Shown here: piece by piece, positions 40,301-53,334 of the stretch
Numbering within the stretch: the stretch's first letter is position 1
Layout of the letters: every line of letters begins with the position of its first letter
Assembly: GCF_037042905.1 (NCBI RefSeq)
Contig: NC_087251.1
Span: 20,400,001-20,464,000 of the forward strand
Reading direction: 5' to 3'
DNA length: 64,000 bases
Source: Lytechinus pictus
Taxonomy: Eukaryota
The notes under the pieces: model-generated
The model's input: the letters and a program-made list of their open reading frames with translations, nothing else
Told to the model about the DNA's origin: nothing
Databases searched by the model: none
Translations under genes and position numbers: made by a program

Positions 40301-42880
40301 GATAAGCTTATACTTGCAGGATACTCTGCAATGCATGAAGTAGTACAAATCAAATGGGATAAGCTTATACCTGTATGATACTCTGCAATGTATGAGGTAA
40401 TACATATCAAACGGGATAAGCTTATACCTGTATGATACTCTGCAATGCATGAAGTAGTACAAATCAAATGGGATAAGCTTATACCTGTATGATACTCAGC
40501 AATGTATGAGGTAATACAAATCAAACGGGATAAGCTTATACCTATATGATACTCAGCAATGTATGAGGTAATACAAATCAAAAGGGATAAGCTTATACCT
40601 GTAGGATACTCTAAAATGTATGAGGTAATACAAATCAAAAGGGATAAGCTTATCCCTGTAGGATACTCTGCAATGTATGAGGTAATGCAAATCAAACGGG
40701 ATAAGCTTATACCTGTAGGATACTCTGCAATGTATGAGGCAATATAAATCAAACGGGATAAGCTTATACCTGTAGGATACTCTGTAATGTATGAGGCAAT
40801 ATAAATCAAACGGGATAAGCTTATACTTGTAGGATACTCTGCAATGCATGAAGTAGTACAAATCAAATGGGATAAGCTTATACCTGTATGATACTCTGCA
40901 ATGTATGAGGCAATATAAATCAAACGGGATAAGCTTATACTTGCAGGATACTCTGCAATGCATGAAGTAGTACAAATCAAATGGGATAAGCTTATACCTG
41001 TATGATACTCAGCAATGTATGAGGTAATACAAATCAAACGGGATAAGCTTATACCTGTATGATACTCTAAAATGTATGAGGTAATACAAATCAAAAGGGA
41101 TAAGCTTATCCCTGTAGGATACTCTGCAATGTATGAGGTAATGCAAATCAAACGGGATAAGCTTATACCTGTAGGATACTCTGCAATGTATGAGGCAATA
41201 TAAATCAAACGGGATAAGCTTATACTTGCAGGATACTCTGCAATGCATGAAGTAGTACAAATCAAATGGGATAAGCTTATACCTGTATGATACTCAGCAA
41301 TGTATGAGGTAATACAAATCAAACGGGATAAGCTTATACCTGTATGATACTCTGCAATGTATGAGGTAATACATATCAAACGGGATAAGCTTATACCTGT
41401 ATGATACTCTACAATGTATGAGGTAATACAAATCAAACGGGATAAGCTTATACCTATATGATACTCAGCAATGTATGAGGTAATACAAATCAAACGGGAT
41501 AAGCTTATACCTGTATGATACTCAGCAATGTATGAGGCAATACAAATCAAAAGAGATAAGCTTATACCTGTAGGATACTCAGCAATGTATGAGGTAATAC
41601 AAATCAAAAGGGATAAGCTTATACCTGTAGGATACTTTGCAATGTATGAGGCAATACAAATCATAAGGGATAAGCTTATACCTGTATGATACTCTGCAAT
41701 GTATGAGGTAATACAAATCAAAAGGGATAAGCTTATACCTGTAGGATACTTTGCAATGTATGAGGTAATACATATCAAAAGGGATAAGCTTATCCCTGTG
41801 CGATACTCTACTATGTATGAGGTAGTACAAATCAAATGGGATAAGCTTATCCCTGTTTGATACTCTGCAATGTATGAGGTAGTACAAATCAAATGGGATA
41901 AGCTTATCCCTGTGCGATACTCTGCAATGTATGAGGCAGTACAAATCAAACAGGATAAGCTTATACCTGTAAAATACTCTGCAATGTATGAGGCAATACA
42001 AATAAAAAAGGATAAGCTTATCCCTGTAGGATACTCTACAATATATTAGGCAATACAAATCAAAAGGGATATGTTTAACCCTAAAAAGACTGGGGGGATT
42101 CAGCCCCCCCCCCCTCGACATTTTTCGCGATAAATCCGCCGCGCGAAATTTTTTGACCGCCTCGCTCGCTGACTTTTTACCTTCAAGTCTCGCGCAACTT
42201 TTGAGACCAAAATTGTGACCCCCGGGACCGCGGTTCCGAAATTACGCAACATTTCGTAAGTGCATGCAGACCCAAAATTACTCAAAAACGTGAATTTGTG
42301 TACAAATCCAATGCAAATAGCGTTTTTAACCAAAATTCATAAATGTATCATTATTTTTCCTTTTACTGCTTAAAATCAATTAATATTATCTTTTTTATGG
42401 TCTAAATAAAGTCCCTGACAATTTCCATTGAAAAAACAAAAAACAAAAAGTCGAAAAACAAAGAAATACATAAGAAATTTTGAAAACAATAGAATACATA
42501 AGAAAATAAATGTGATGTTGAAATTTTTAAAAAATAAATTTGATCAGATGCCTATCTAGAGTATGTGAAACAAAAATTAGCATTTCAGGGGCATTATTTT
42601 ATTAATTAGAGCAAACTTATGATTTTTACGCATAAATTAGCATAATTAATGAGACATGAGATTTTTTGCAGAATTTGATGGTATAGTTTTGTAGATAATG
42701 CCATGGGTAACACGTGTGCCAATTTTTGTCGCGAGCGCGCGATCGACGGCTGAGATCATAGGGGGGGGGCTGAATCAGCCCCCCCCCCCAGTCTTCTTAG
42801 GCATCGAAATAGCCCAGTCTATTTAGGGTTAAACCTGTATGACATACTCTGGAATGTATGAGGTAATACAAATCAAATCA
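37315..42880 (+). repeat. Left 57-bp tandem array (~83 units plus a split innermost unit)
   Basis: Consensus GTATGAGGTAATACAAATCAAACGGGATAAGCTTATACCTGTATGATACTCTGCAAT with palindromic core ATAAGCTTAT (HindIII). Degenerate at both edges; resumes at 42833 after the piggyBac MITE. Confidence 0.97.
42079..42828. mobile_element. 750-bp piggyBac-type non-autonomous element
   Basis: TTAA TSD (42075-42078; 42829-42832), TIR CCCTAAAAAGACTGGG / CCCTAAATAGACTGGG, sub-terminal G/C-tract inverted repeats. Confidence 0.92.
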
Positions 42881-44263
42881 AATGCACAAGGTTATATCAC
42901 TATGATAGCTTATATTATATGTCCGATACTAAGATTGTTATCTCTGATTGGTCAAAACTGCATCATGTGACGCGATGCTATTCCATCTATCATCATCTCG
43001 GGAGTTTGACTTACTGTACATTTCTTCTATCAACCCCTCTGATAGTACTTGTAACCCCGAGAGTGTGGCCACAAGTTGTGTTTCTATGCACGCATCTAGC
43101 TGGCTCGAGCTAACTGGCTGCGCTGCTGCTTGGACATGTATGCACAGCCAACAGTGCGCTGGCTGACCAACTGGATTTATCGGTTGTCCTGCGGGGATGA
43201 AACACATCTCGGGCATGATAATTTACACAGTCATCCTCATGGGCAGTCAATATTTGTATATTGTGATGCACAGCATGAGGTAATTAATTTAAATCAAATT
43301 GATAAGCTTTCACTTGAATGAAACTTATACCACTAGATAATAAGTTAAAACAATTATAGGTTTCCAGTCAAAGCCTATATAATCAGCACCAGTATTTCTG
43401 GTACTTTCTTTAAAGAAAGTGATTCACCAAAAAAAGTAAAAACATTTTTATTTAACTCATTAGCTGGATACATGAATGGGGGAGGGGGTTAATCCTGGGA
43501 CTCAGGATCGCTGTAATTTCTAGAAACCTGAAAAACATGTAAATTACAATCCTGAGTTGGGTTAATTTTTTTGTTATAGCACTGGCAAACCAGTCTTGTA
43601 GGACAGATAGATTATGTACGAGTAAAATAAGCTATGTGTACTATATGGTCTCATCTAAATGATCTGTGACTTTAATATCCATATAAACTTTTCATGATTT
43701 TAGAATCGTCACATAAATGAAGCACATTAGTCTGGATAAACCAACTGATTGGGGGATGTGAAGCCCAACTCATAGTGTACTATGCCTATGTCGACAAAAG
43801 TATGTCTTGATTATAGCATATGTCAAGGACTAGCAAGCAATATCCAAAATTGGTAAAAAAAACCATCCAACTGAATTGACGGTCTGTCCTCAAGATTATT
43901 AGAGTGAAAAATGAATCATTCAAAGCACCCACCCATCATGGACTGTCTGAGATTCAATGATCACATGAGGCAATGTTCATGTCAGATCCTGGAATCTCTG
44001 ACATATGACAAATCTAAACTTTCATTACCCCCCCCCCCCCCTCATAAAAATTAGTTGGAAGCTGAGATTTACAGACTACTTTTACCATTAATACTCATTC
44101 CAGATACAGTGTGGTTGTGCCATTCTAAAGTCTGACAATTCTATTTGATTATATACATGTAGATACAGGACTACTCTTAACCCAGTTTCGAATGGAACCC
44201 CAGTATTTCTAGCAGGTGGATGTTATTTCATAAAGCTTGATATCCATTGTGTGTATGCTGGAC

Positions 44264-44611
44264 TCATTCAAAATAATCTTCATGTTTCTCTCTTAGAGCA
44301 TTTGCGATCATCTGAGGAAGTTTCTCTCCAGGAGTTAGCTTGAATGGTGGTAGAATGACAGAATTTGATGGAATGGTATCTATCCAGAGCTTTTTTCTGC
44401 CCCGCTGTCCTGGAATAGCAAGTTTGACTTCCTTCCACTTGGATGTCATTGTGCCTGTGTACCATTCAACATCTATAGTTTCACATTGTACTTTGCATAC
44501 TCTTCCAACTTGAGGCCAATGGGTAGAGTATTCTTGAAGATATGTTGCTACCATGTCTCCCTCTTGTACATCTACCCTTCGATCTATCTTGCCTTTGGGT
44601 CCAATGTGAAC
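44264..44611 (-). pseudogene. Transposase-like gene, terminal exon (putative Tudor/SH3-like C-terminal domain)
   Basis: aacaaatag|VHIGPKGKIDRRVDVQEGDMVATYLQEYSTHWPQVGRVCKV..IDVEWYTGTMTSKW..DYFE*; phase 0 matches the upstream exon. Confidence 0.72.
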
Positions 44612-46389
44612 CTATTTGTTTGATAAAATACAAATAAAACTCTTAATGTTGAAATGGTATTTGAGCTTTAGATATATAAATATAAACCAAACTACTAAAA
44701 ATAGTTTCTTAGTTTGAGAGTAAAATGGGATAGATCTGACAATCCTTCAACAAAACTTCTTTGTGGATTATTGCAGAAAATAATTCATTAATAATTAAAC
44801 CTAACTGCACTAAGGAAAGTGGGGAGGGCCTGTTACATAACAGTCAAAAATTTAACAGGGACACATGTCACACCAACGCATAATGTCACAGGGAAATGAC
44901 ATTATGCAATGATCACCCAATGCATAATGTCAAAGGGGACATATACTATGGTACATGTAGCTTGAACTTATGCATAACGTTGCAAGGTTGAACGCATAAT
45001 GCAAAAGCGGCATTTGTTTCAGCACTTGAGTTAAAAACAAAGATAAGACATCAAAAATATGTTTTCCCTCGTCATCTAAATGTTATAAGCATGTTTGGTG
45101 TGGCAGTATTACATTATCTATCAGGAAGATGGGTTGGCCTTAAAATTTTTTAATGTGTGGAGTAGTGAAATGCAAGTATCCACATACCGACATCTGAGCA
45201 TATTGTTCAACATGTAATTAACTTATTTTGCAAGTGGTGAATGTCATCTACTAGTAGTTGAGAAACAGCACCTTCCCATGGTCTTTTAAAGACAATTTTA
45301 AATACAAATTTAATTGCATTTCATTGTTTTTTATGACATTTCAATAAAAAAAAAAAAAATTTTGTATTGTTAGTTACTAGGAATGTACTACCAATGCATC
45401 AAAAATTCAGCACGAGATTCACTCTTGCAATCTATTATATATGCCGCCAAAATGAATATTACCTTTTTTTGGTCTTAATACATAAAATATGCAAAAACTA
45501 GAGCTCACACTTTGCGCTCATTTTATTTAGGCCATGTGAGATACCTAATTTTGTTTGTAAGAAGAAATTTAATCAAATTGACTTAAAACTTCAGTCTTTA
45601 GTTGGAAATGCTCCCTCTATAGGCTAAACCACCAACAAAAATTAGTTTTATCAGCTGATCGGGAAAACATGAAGAAAAAATTTCTGTAATTTTGCGAAGC
45701 ATGCAAAAATAAATCGCTTTTAAATGTTTAATCTTCTGGTACATTCCAATTAACAATACAAAATAACATTTCTTTATTAAGATGTCATGAATATTGTATG
45801 AACATTTTTAAAAAGTGATAGTGGATTTGATTCTGCCTGCCACTCCCCTGCATTCTCACATACCCCACCAAACATTTTTTTTAAACGTTCAGATGACAGA
45901 GCTTGAAAAAAATTACTCGGTAAAAACATATGATATCTGTATTGAGTCCTGAAGAAAATAACGCTGTGACTTTTCCGTTAGCAGTTCTATGATGATATGC
46001 GTTGACTGTGTTTTATGCTTTGGATGATCATCGCATGTTAATTCCTGCAACATTATGCACTGTTGTGTCATGTGTTGCTGCGACATTATCGGTTGTACTA
46101 GGGCCTCAGAGGACCCTCACAATAAATCTAGTTTGAGCCGATTTTTTGTGGGTGACATTTTCCTTCAAGTCTCATTGCTGAAAAAAGATGAAAGTATAAA
46201 TCAAATGCATATTGTCTTTATAGCCAATATCATTAATGTATCACTTTCACTTTTAATTGTTGACATCAATTAATTTCATGTTCCTATGGTTGTTATACTG
46301 TAGCATTACCAATTATTTCCTTTGAAAAAAAAACAAAAAGTGGAAACACAAAGAAAATTTTTAAACAAAACACAGCATACATGACTTAC

Positions 46390-46508
46390 CTGTCTGAAGG
46401 GTTCATCTTGTCTTGTATTTGGAGAAACTTCTTCTCTGATGTATCCTGTATTCGATTTCTACGCCAACAACAGATCACAGATTGGCCATCTAAATGTCAC
46501 ATCATTTT
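46390..46508 (-). pseudogene. Transposase-like gene, penultimate exon (in-frame TAG)
   Basis: gctacag|(E)NDVTFRWPICDLLLA*KSNTGYIREEVSPNTRQDEPFRQ|gtaagt; 119 nt, phases 1/0 fit both neighbours. Confidence 0.6.
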
Positions 46509-48546
46509 CTGTAGCAAAAATGATAATTTGTAAAGTTGCGCAAATTATAATATTAATTCCTTTAACAAAAAAAGATAACATTCAAATTCATTTGAAACCT
46601 AAATGGATTTTCCAGTTAGTTTTCATTGTAAATTCTGATAATAAGTACACCAATAATTTGAAAATTTGTCAAATAAAACTCATGTGACCTGCCAACGACC
46701 TTTAGCCATGACTCCTAAATTTTATCAGATCAAGGTCACTCCCAAAACACAAACTGTACACAAACCATAACTCAACGGGGGAGGGGCTTTTAAGTGCAAT
46801 TTTCACAAAATGTAAAAAAAAAAAAAAATGATAAATTGTTGTTTCTGGATTTTTTTTTCAGTTACTATTGTAGGAATACTATAAAGAATATTCAACAAAA
46901 TTAGCTTTTTAGAGCCCTAATTAAATCAAATTGAGCAAAATGTATGAGTTTGCCTTCAAAATTTTGCAGTGACTTGGCCCCAGAAAAGGAGATGCGCTGT
47001 GGGTGCTGAAGCACCCACTAGATTTTTCCCTGGAGCAGCTTGTATTATTCTCCATAGGAAGCACCCCCTAGAATTCTGGTAGGTGTTAAAAAATGGAGAA
47101 ATGGAACCGCAATGAAACCCTTTCATTTTTTCTTTTGCTTGTGAAATTTTTCGGGAACTAAGTATAAACCTTAATTTTGAAGTGAAACCCTTTTTTTTTT
47201 GCTTGTCAAATTTACATCAGCACCCCCAGTAAAAAAAAAACATTCCCAGGGCTATACACCTAGCTTGCAGGTTCTAAGGCCAAGATCTTCAGGGGGTGGC
47301 TGTAATACCCCCCCCCCTCCCCCCAACAGGAATGTAAGCTCACAAAATAGCCCAGGTAACTTAGGGTTAGGTGAAATTTGAAGATGACCCTCAAGCAGTT
47401 ACATATTTTTGGTTAAAAGAGAACAAGATATTTGTGGTTGTTCTACAAATTCTAACAATTTATCTTTATCAGAAACATTTAACTCTCATATATCGAGTAC
47501 CAAAGTGATAACGTCACAAAAGACTTTTTTCACATTTCAGAATTTTTTATACCATATTTCAAAAGCGCATGATGAAATACCTCCAGAAATAATTTGACTT
47601 CAATGGGGCTAATTAATGTATTCACGAGGTCATATCTTAAGCCCCAATGGACTGATACGGTCCACAAAATTTTGGTTGTAGAGGTCTTTCATCATGCTCA
47701 ACTGAAATATGGTATCAAAAATGGTAAAACACAAAATATGAAAAATGATGACATCACACATTGATATCCTATAAACATACATAGCAAAGGGTGCTATTCA
47801 CCCCCCCCCCATTCAATATTTTTCACGATAAATCTGTAATGCAAAAAATAGGTGCAGTGGCATTTCGTTATTTTTTTCTTTCAAGACAAAATTGCTCATA
47901 AATGTGAGTTTATGAATTTATAAATTAAATCTGTATGTAGCAAAAATTCATGAATTTATGGATCATTATTTTTGCTATTAGTGATTAAAAACAATTGATT
48001 GGTGTTAATTATTTAACAAGTGATACAAAAGAATTAAAATAAGATTAAAAATAAGAGATAAAAGTTCAGATTATTTTTTTAACTTTACATGTAATTCCAA
48101 TATATTTGATACATAGAATCTTAATAAGAATCCTAAAAAAAAAAGCAAAATGTAGTAATCTTGGATCCTTATTTTCAGATAAATAGCCAAATTCTGATCT
48201 AACAAATTAATAGCATGATTAAGATAGATTTGAAAAGTTATAATACATTTAAGAATCAAATCTAGAAGGTTACATGATATGCATCATGAACGTTTTTTTT
48301 ATTGTTGCAACAGCATGGTCAGTGGTTGAGATCTGAGGGGGTTGGGTTACATCTATATGTAGGTTTAAGTGATGGTTTTGATTGATCCTGTACCAGCTCA
48401 TTGAGTGCAACTTTTTCTTATCTAAGAATGATTCTATTCATTTGAGTTCAAAATATTTGTTTTCCTTAGCCCAGTTCTATCCTTTCATAGTTGCTTAAAT
48501 AAATTGAAGCATAATCAAATAAAGGGAAAATAGTTATAATACATAC

Positions 48547-49063
48547 CTCCACTGTCATCTTCTTCAAGTATGAGTAGCTCACACAAAAATTTCCATGCTT
48601 CAATATCTTCTGGTTCCAGATAGGGTTGTAGTTTGACAGAGAGATGGCTGATATAGATCTACAAATGATTTCTCAACAAGTATGGGTTGCGCATCTGGAT
48701 GCAATTTCAGGATGTGAGGACTGCCAGTGGTTTCTCTCAAGTATGGGTTGGTTGACCAGTCTTTGGTTTGCAGGGTGGCCTTATCTTCTTTGTCCATTGT
48801 AAATGTAAAAATGTTCGGTTTACTGTGATACTGGCATACTGCATGGTATGTTGATACTGAAGAAGCCATTGACGTACATCGAAGATATGACTGATGTGCT
48901 CTGATGTTGTGATGCAGTCTGCTCGTTGGAAAGAAGCTGGGATGGATTGGAAAAGTTTGGGGAGAGTAGTGATGTTCTTTTTCTTTAGATGACTTGATAT
49001 GCGTGAGAAAAGTTGATCAATATCCTCGTGAGTGTGACCAACCATAAGGAATCCAACCTTGAT
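48547..49063 (-). pseudogene. DUF7869-like / Sola-like DDD transposase exon with two frameshifts
   Basis: tttatag|IKVGFLMVGHTHEDIDQLFSRISSHLKKKNITTLPKL..IFDVRQWL..(shift)YHSKPNIFTF..TKDWST..(shift)KLQPYLEPEDIEAWKF..EDDSG-|gtatgt. Confidence 0.8.
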
Positions 49064-50425
49064 CTATAAACAGAAAGACATGAATGACAAATATTATCTA
49101 AATAACCAAAGTAAATAGACCACAAGAAACCAGCAAAAATATCATCAGGATAAAATCAAACTTACATCCACAATCCAAATGCACACTTTGTCAAACTGGT
49201 CTCCTAGCAAATGGGCTCATTCTCAGATTGCTATACTCCACTATGGCCAAAGCCATTTGATACACTATCATTTTTGTGTAATCACTGTTTGTTTAGTCCA
49301 ACCATAGCTAGTCATTTAGTCTGATGCCCATATGTTCAATTTTCTTTGTCTACTCATCACTTTGCACTTTTTCAAATGATACTTTGGTTCATAACTTCAT
49401 AGACTGTTCATCTAATAAAGTCTTAGTTGTGATATCAGTTGCAGAAAGCCTTGCTGAAAATCACAAAAAATGGTAGATTGAATAGATGAAAATTTGACCA
49501 AATTGTTAGTAGCTAACTTCCTACAGATAAATAAGGATTAGACCATGCAGGAAGAGAGTGAGACCAAATGGGAAGCAAAGTATACTCCAAACTTCAATAT
49601 TAATGTCAATTCATTCTACACTAAAAGGGCAATTTCAGAGTAGGCCTACTTGACAATTCTACAGTTACAGTTAATAAATGTCCATTAACATCACAGTGGC
49701 ATTTCTTCAACCCTAAATAGACTAGGCTATTCCAACTTTTAGGAGGACTAGGTGGTTCAGCCCCCCCACCTCCCCTATGATCTCTGCCGTCAATTACATA
49801 ATCGCGCACGTATTATAAAATAAGGATTATAATATCATATTTATGTTGATTTAAAGAATAAAGCTAAGAAGTGACTTATATGACTACCCCCTTCAAAGAA
49901 ACAAACACAAAATCATCTTCGAGTGGCCGGTCGGGGAAAAATATTCCCCCCAAAAAAAATTTCTGAGGTTGGTATACTAATACTAACTTCGCAATACGTG
50001 TGAGTGAGCTACAGTACGCATGCATAGCCTTGGCTTCAGTTAGGCCCCCACCCTCATACCAGGAAAGGTTGTGCGATGTCTGTTGACATCTCAACTCATC
50101 AGTCCTTGGCTTAACCCAGGGAGCTCCCTGGGTTACTCCTTGGCTATACTATAGCCTAGTCTAGGCTAAGACTTCTAATGTTAAGTTAGATCTAGATCTA
50201 GTCGTGACTAGACTCTCTCTAGAATAGATCTAAAAGTTATACCTGTCCTGTACTAACTACAGTATACCCAGTAATTGTGTGTCCGGACGATCACTTTTAG
50301 AAAGACATTTGGAAAAATTTACAAGCGAAGTTTCATCAATTTATAAGTACAAAATGTTAGGAAATATTATAGAGAACAAAATAGGAGATGATTACTACTA
50401 GTATTGAATTCACATTTTTAGTGTA

Positions 50426-51301
50426 GGGGAAGGTGGGGTAAGTTGAGCCACCACCACCAGGCTAATAATGAATCAGTCAGACATTATGGTGGTGTCATGT
50501 ATTGATGACCCAAGGCATTACATTACCCTTAACCCCACCACATTGTTTTGAAACATTTGAAACAAAAAGTCCTTTTAGAGGAAAAAATGCAAATTTCAGC
50601 CAAAAAAGTAAAAAAGGATTTGAAATAGATCATTGCTTTTTACACACACAAGTCTTCAAATATAATAAAGAAATAAGAATAATACCGTTAGTCAAGGTAT
50701 AGATTCTCATTCTTGTCATGGTCATTACAAGATGGATGCATAAAAAATGTGTGAATGTGAAAATATTGCATGAAGTTCGGAATGGGGTAAGTTGAACCAA
50801 CCAACATTGGGCCACAAAATGAGCCATGGTAATTCTTATGCTATTTGTGTATGAGAAAAACAACAAACCTTAAAAAGCCATTGATATGCAGGCAGAAAGG
50901 AGCAAATTCACATGACAGTTCTTTTACTTATAGAGGATGTTAGTATTTACAGCGAATTAACAAGTGTAAAGACTTTGAATGAAAAAAAAAATGACATGCT
51001 GGTTCTTCTCGCATTGAGTTTGTATAGCCTATAGTTTTCGTGGCTCAACTAACCCCAGAAGGGGGCACAACTTACCCCACATATGGGGCAAGTTGAGCCA
51101 TTTGACATCATATTTTTTCAAAGGTTACATTGACTTTAAGTGTTGGGGGTAAAAAGTTACATATACTATAGCCTCATAGGCAAAAAATATTTCCCAAGAA
51201 TCAAATTTAAAGGCAAGGTACTTATTTCTACAATACTATTGGTCGTTTCATTTAGTAACATGCAAAATGTAAAAATTGTCACAACTTACCCCGCCTTCCC
51301 C
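50426..51301. mobile_element. TA-flanked Tc1/mariner-type MITE
   Basis: TA|GGGGAAGGTGGGGTAAGTTG ... CAACTTACCCCGCCTTCCCC|TA; internal GGGGTAAGTTGAGCCA repeats. Confidence 0.85.
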
Positions 51302-51306
51302 TACAC

Positions 51307-51550
51307 CGGGGCTCGACATTAGCAGTGGCCCGGTGGCCCAGGGCAACCAAAAATGAGAGTCGGGCCACCAAAATTCTGTAAAAGCCAACACTTGGTGGCC
51401 CGGTTTGGCTACCAGAATTTGGATGATTTGTAATGTTTTCTATTACTTTTAGGGCCACTAAATTTGCTTTGCGGGCCATCAAAAATATGAAATTAATGAT
51501 TTTGGTGTACCGATCGGGCCACCAAGAAAAAAAGTTGGTGTTGAGCCTTG
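51307..51550. mobile_element. hAT-like MITE
   Basis: CGGGGCTCGACA / revcomp CAAGGCTCAACA termini; CCTACAC duplicated at 51300-51306 and 51551-51557; internal GGTGGCCCG / CGGGCCACC repeats. Confidence 0.7.
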
Positions 51551-53178
51551 CCTACACGTATTCCAAAGATAAAAAAGAATGCTTAGAATATAAAGACTTT
51601 AAAGTGTCTGGACACCCGACCACCCCCCCCCCCCATCCTACTAACGTTAGTGTAGACTGTCTGTTGAACTTCGTTGGCTCCACTCCCCGAATACAGTCAG
51701 ATTAAACGATGAGAAATAAAATTTAAAAAAAAATAAAATGTTAACATTTTAACAAACTTCTCGAAACAGACGGCTGCCACTTTGTGCCAGCTGTCCAGCT
51801 AAGGGCAGCTAAGTTAGACCAGAGGTTACTGCGGCAGCCCGAACACGTACTGTCTTAAGACGTGTCGAGGTCCCCGGGGCAAGACCAGAGGTAGACCAAA
51901 AGCTTCGGTCTCTGTTATGTTGGTTGTTCAGCTGAACTCCGTTGGCTTCACTCACCAAATACAGAGACCGAAGTTCTAGCGCGATCTGTACAGGGGACTC
52001 AATGGCCATATGTTTATGTACTTAAGATCGGATAAAACGGGGAAGTGAATTTGCGCGACAGCCGAGGTAAGTCACTGTTTTTGTTCCTTTTAACTTGATT
52101 TTTCTCCGTTTTTTAGCAATTAATGCCAAGAGGGAATATTAATTTGCATTTTGGTCGCGTTAATTTTCAAAATTTTTATTCATTAAAGACAAAAATTGAA
52201 GAGCCCCGACGGGGGGATTTTGCATTGCAAGTCCCCTAATGGTGGCTGCACGCTAGCGAGCCGTCTGTGTATGAGGAGAAAAAAAAAAAAAAATGTTAAA
52301 AAACTCCTCGAAACAGACGGCTGCCAGCTGTCTAGACCAGAGCCAGAGGCAGAGCTTCGGTCTCTGGTCATTTCACTAACTATGTTTGCTCCACTCACCA
52401 TGCTCACCACACCAGAAATAAAAAAAATATAGGCCTATTTAAAAAAAAAACTTGAAACAGACGGCTGCCAAAGTTTCTGTCTAAAGAGTACTAAGATTAA
52501 GGCTAGGCATGCACCGCCACCGGGGACACGCAGGCACGGCAAAAGGCCAAAGGCAAAGCCAAAGGCAAAGGCGAGCCGAGCCCCGAGAGCTGTAGTAATA
52601 CTAATACAGTAGGCCTATGTGCTCGTCTGACTCTGACTGAGCTGACGCGTTCATCACTTCAGTACTCATATTTTGATCAGACAGCGTAACTCAAAAGAGT
52701 TAAAGTTGTGACAAAGAACGACCATATATATAGGCTTATCGTATACATTGGGAAATTATGTAATTCTAGATCTAATCATGATTGATATTGACAAACAAAA
52801 CAATAATCGATAACTTACCATGTCCATGTATATCCCTCAGTCTCAGAATTGTGCGTGTATGTGCGATCCAGCTGATTTTCAAAATACCCGCCGGCGCGGC
52901 TCTAGTCTGTAAACACAGACCCAAGTAGTCTTTTTACACCTTATTTTCATAAAGAAATTACTCCAAAGTTCCGAACTTGTTTCAAACTATTTTTATTGTC
53001 AAAAATTTTAAAAGAGGTAGTGACAACATATCAATAAATCGATTTTAATTACTTTAGAGTCCTACATCTGTATTAAAATGCGTTAAAAGGTTTATGATTG
53101 TAGACTAACAAATCTTGCAATCGATACCGGTATTATAATCCGGCCGAAACAAAGGATCTATTGACCTATAGTATCACT

Positions 53179-53334
53179 GGGCTCCGTAACACACAGATTT
53201 GCGATGGATTGCAAATATGAAAGAACCGCACTGATTAGTCCCTGGTCAGTATTTTAAACCTAATGCGCGTGTAACATTGATATTGATTGGTCAGTTCATT
53301 TAGCGATTGATCTAATCTTTGTGTTACGGAGCCC
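53179..53334. mobile_element. Short MITE (related copy at ~56853-56981)
   Basis: GGGCTCCGTAACACA ... TGTGTTACGGAGCCC inverted ends. Confidence 0.75.

Noticed and set aside
37315..42070. CRISPR-like array (palindromic repeat at regular spacing)
   Set aside because: Intervening sequences are near-identical rather than unique spacers; eukaryotic context; no cas genes.
37273..42121. Long repetitive ORFs (up to 608 aa; ICITSYIAEYHTGISLSRL / YYLIHCRVSYRYKLIPFDL), also at 61469-63831
   Set aside because: Artefact of a 57-bp (19-codon) unit lacking stops in some frames; frames switch at 1-bp indels; no splice or start context.
42900..43280. Overlapping short ORFs and a CTGATTGG/ATGTGAC motif just inside the left array
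   Set aside because: No recognisable protein motif and no matching inverted counterpart inside the right array.
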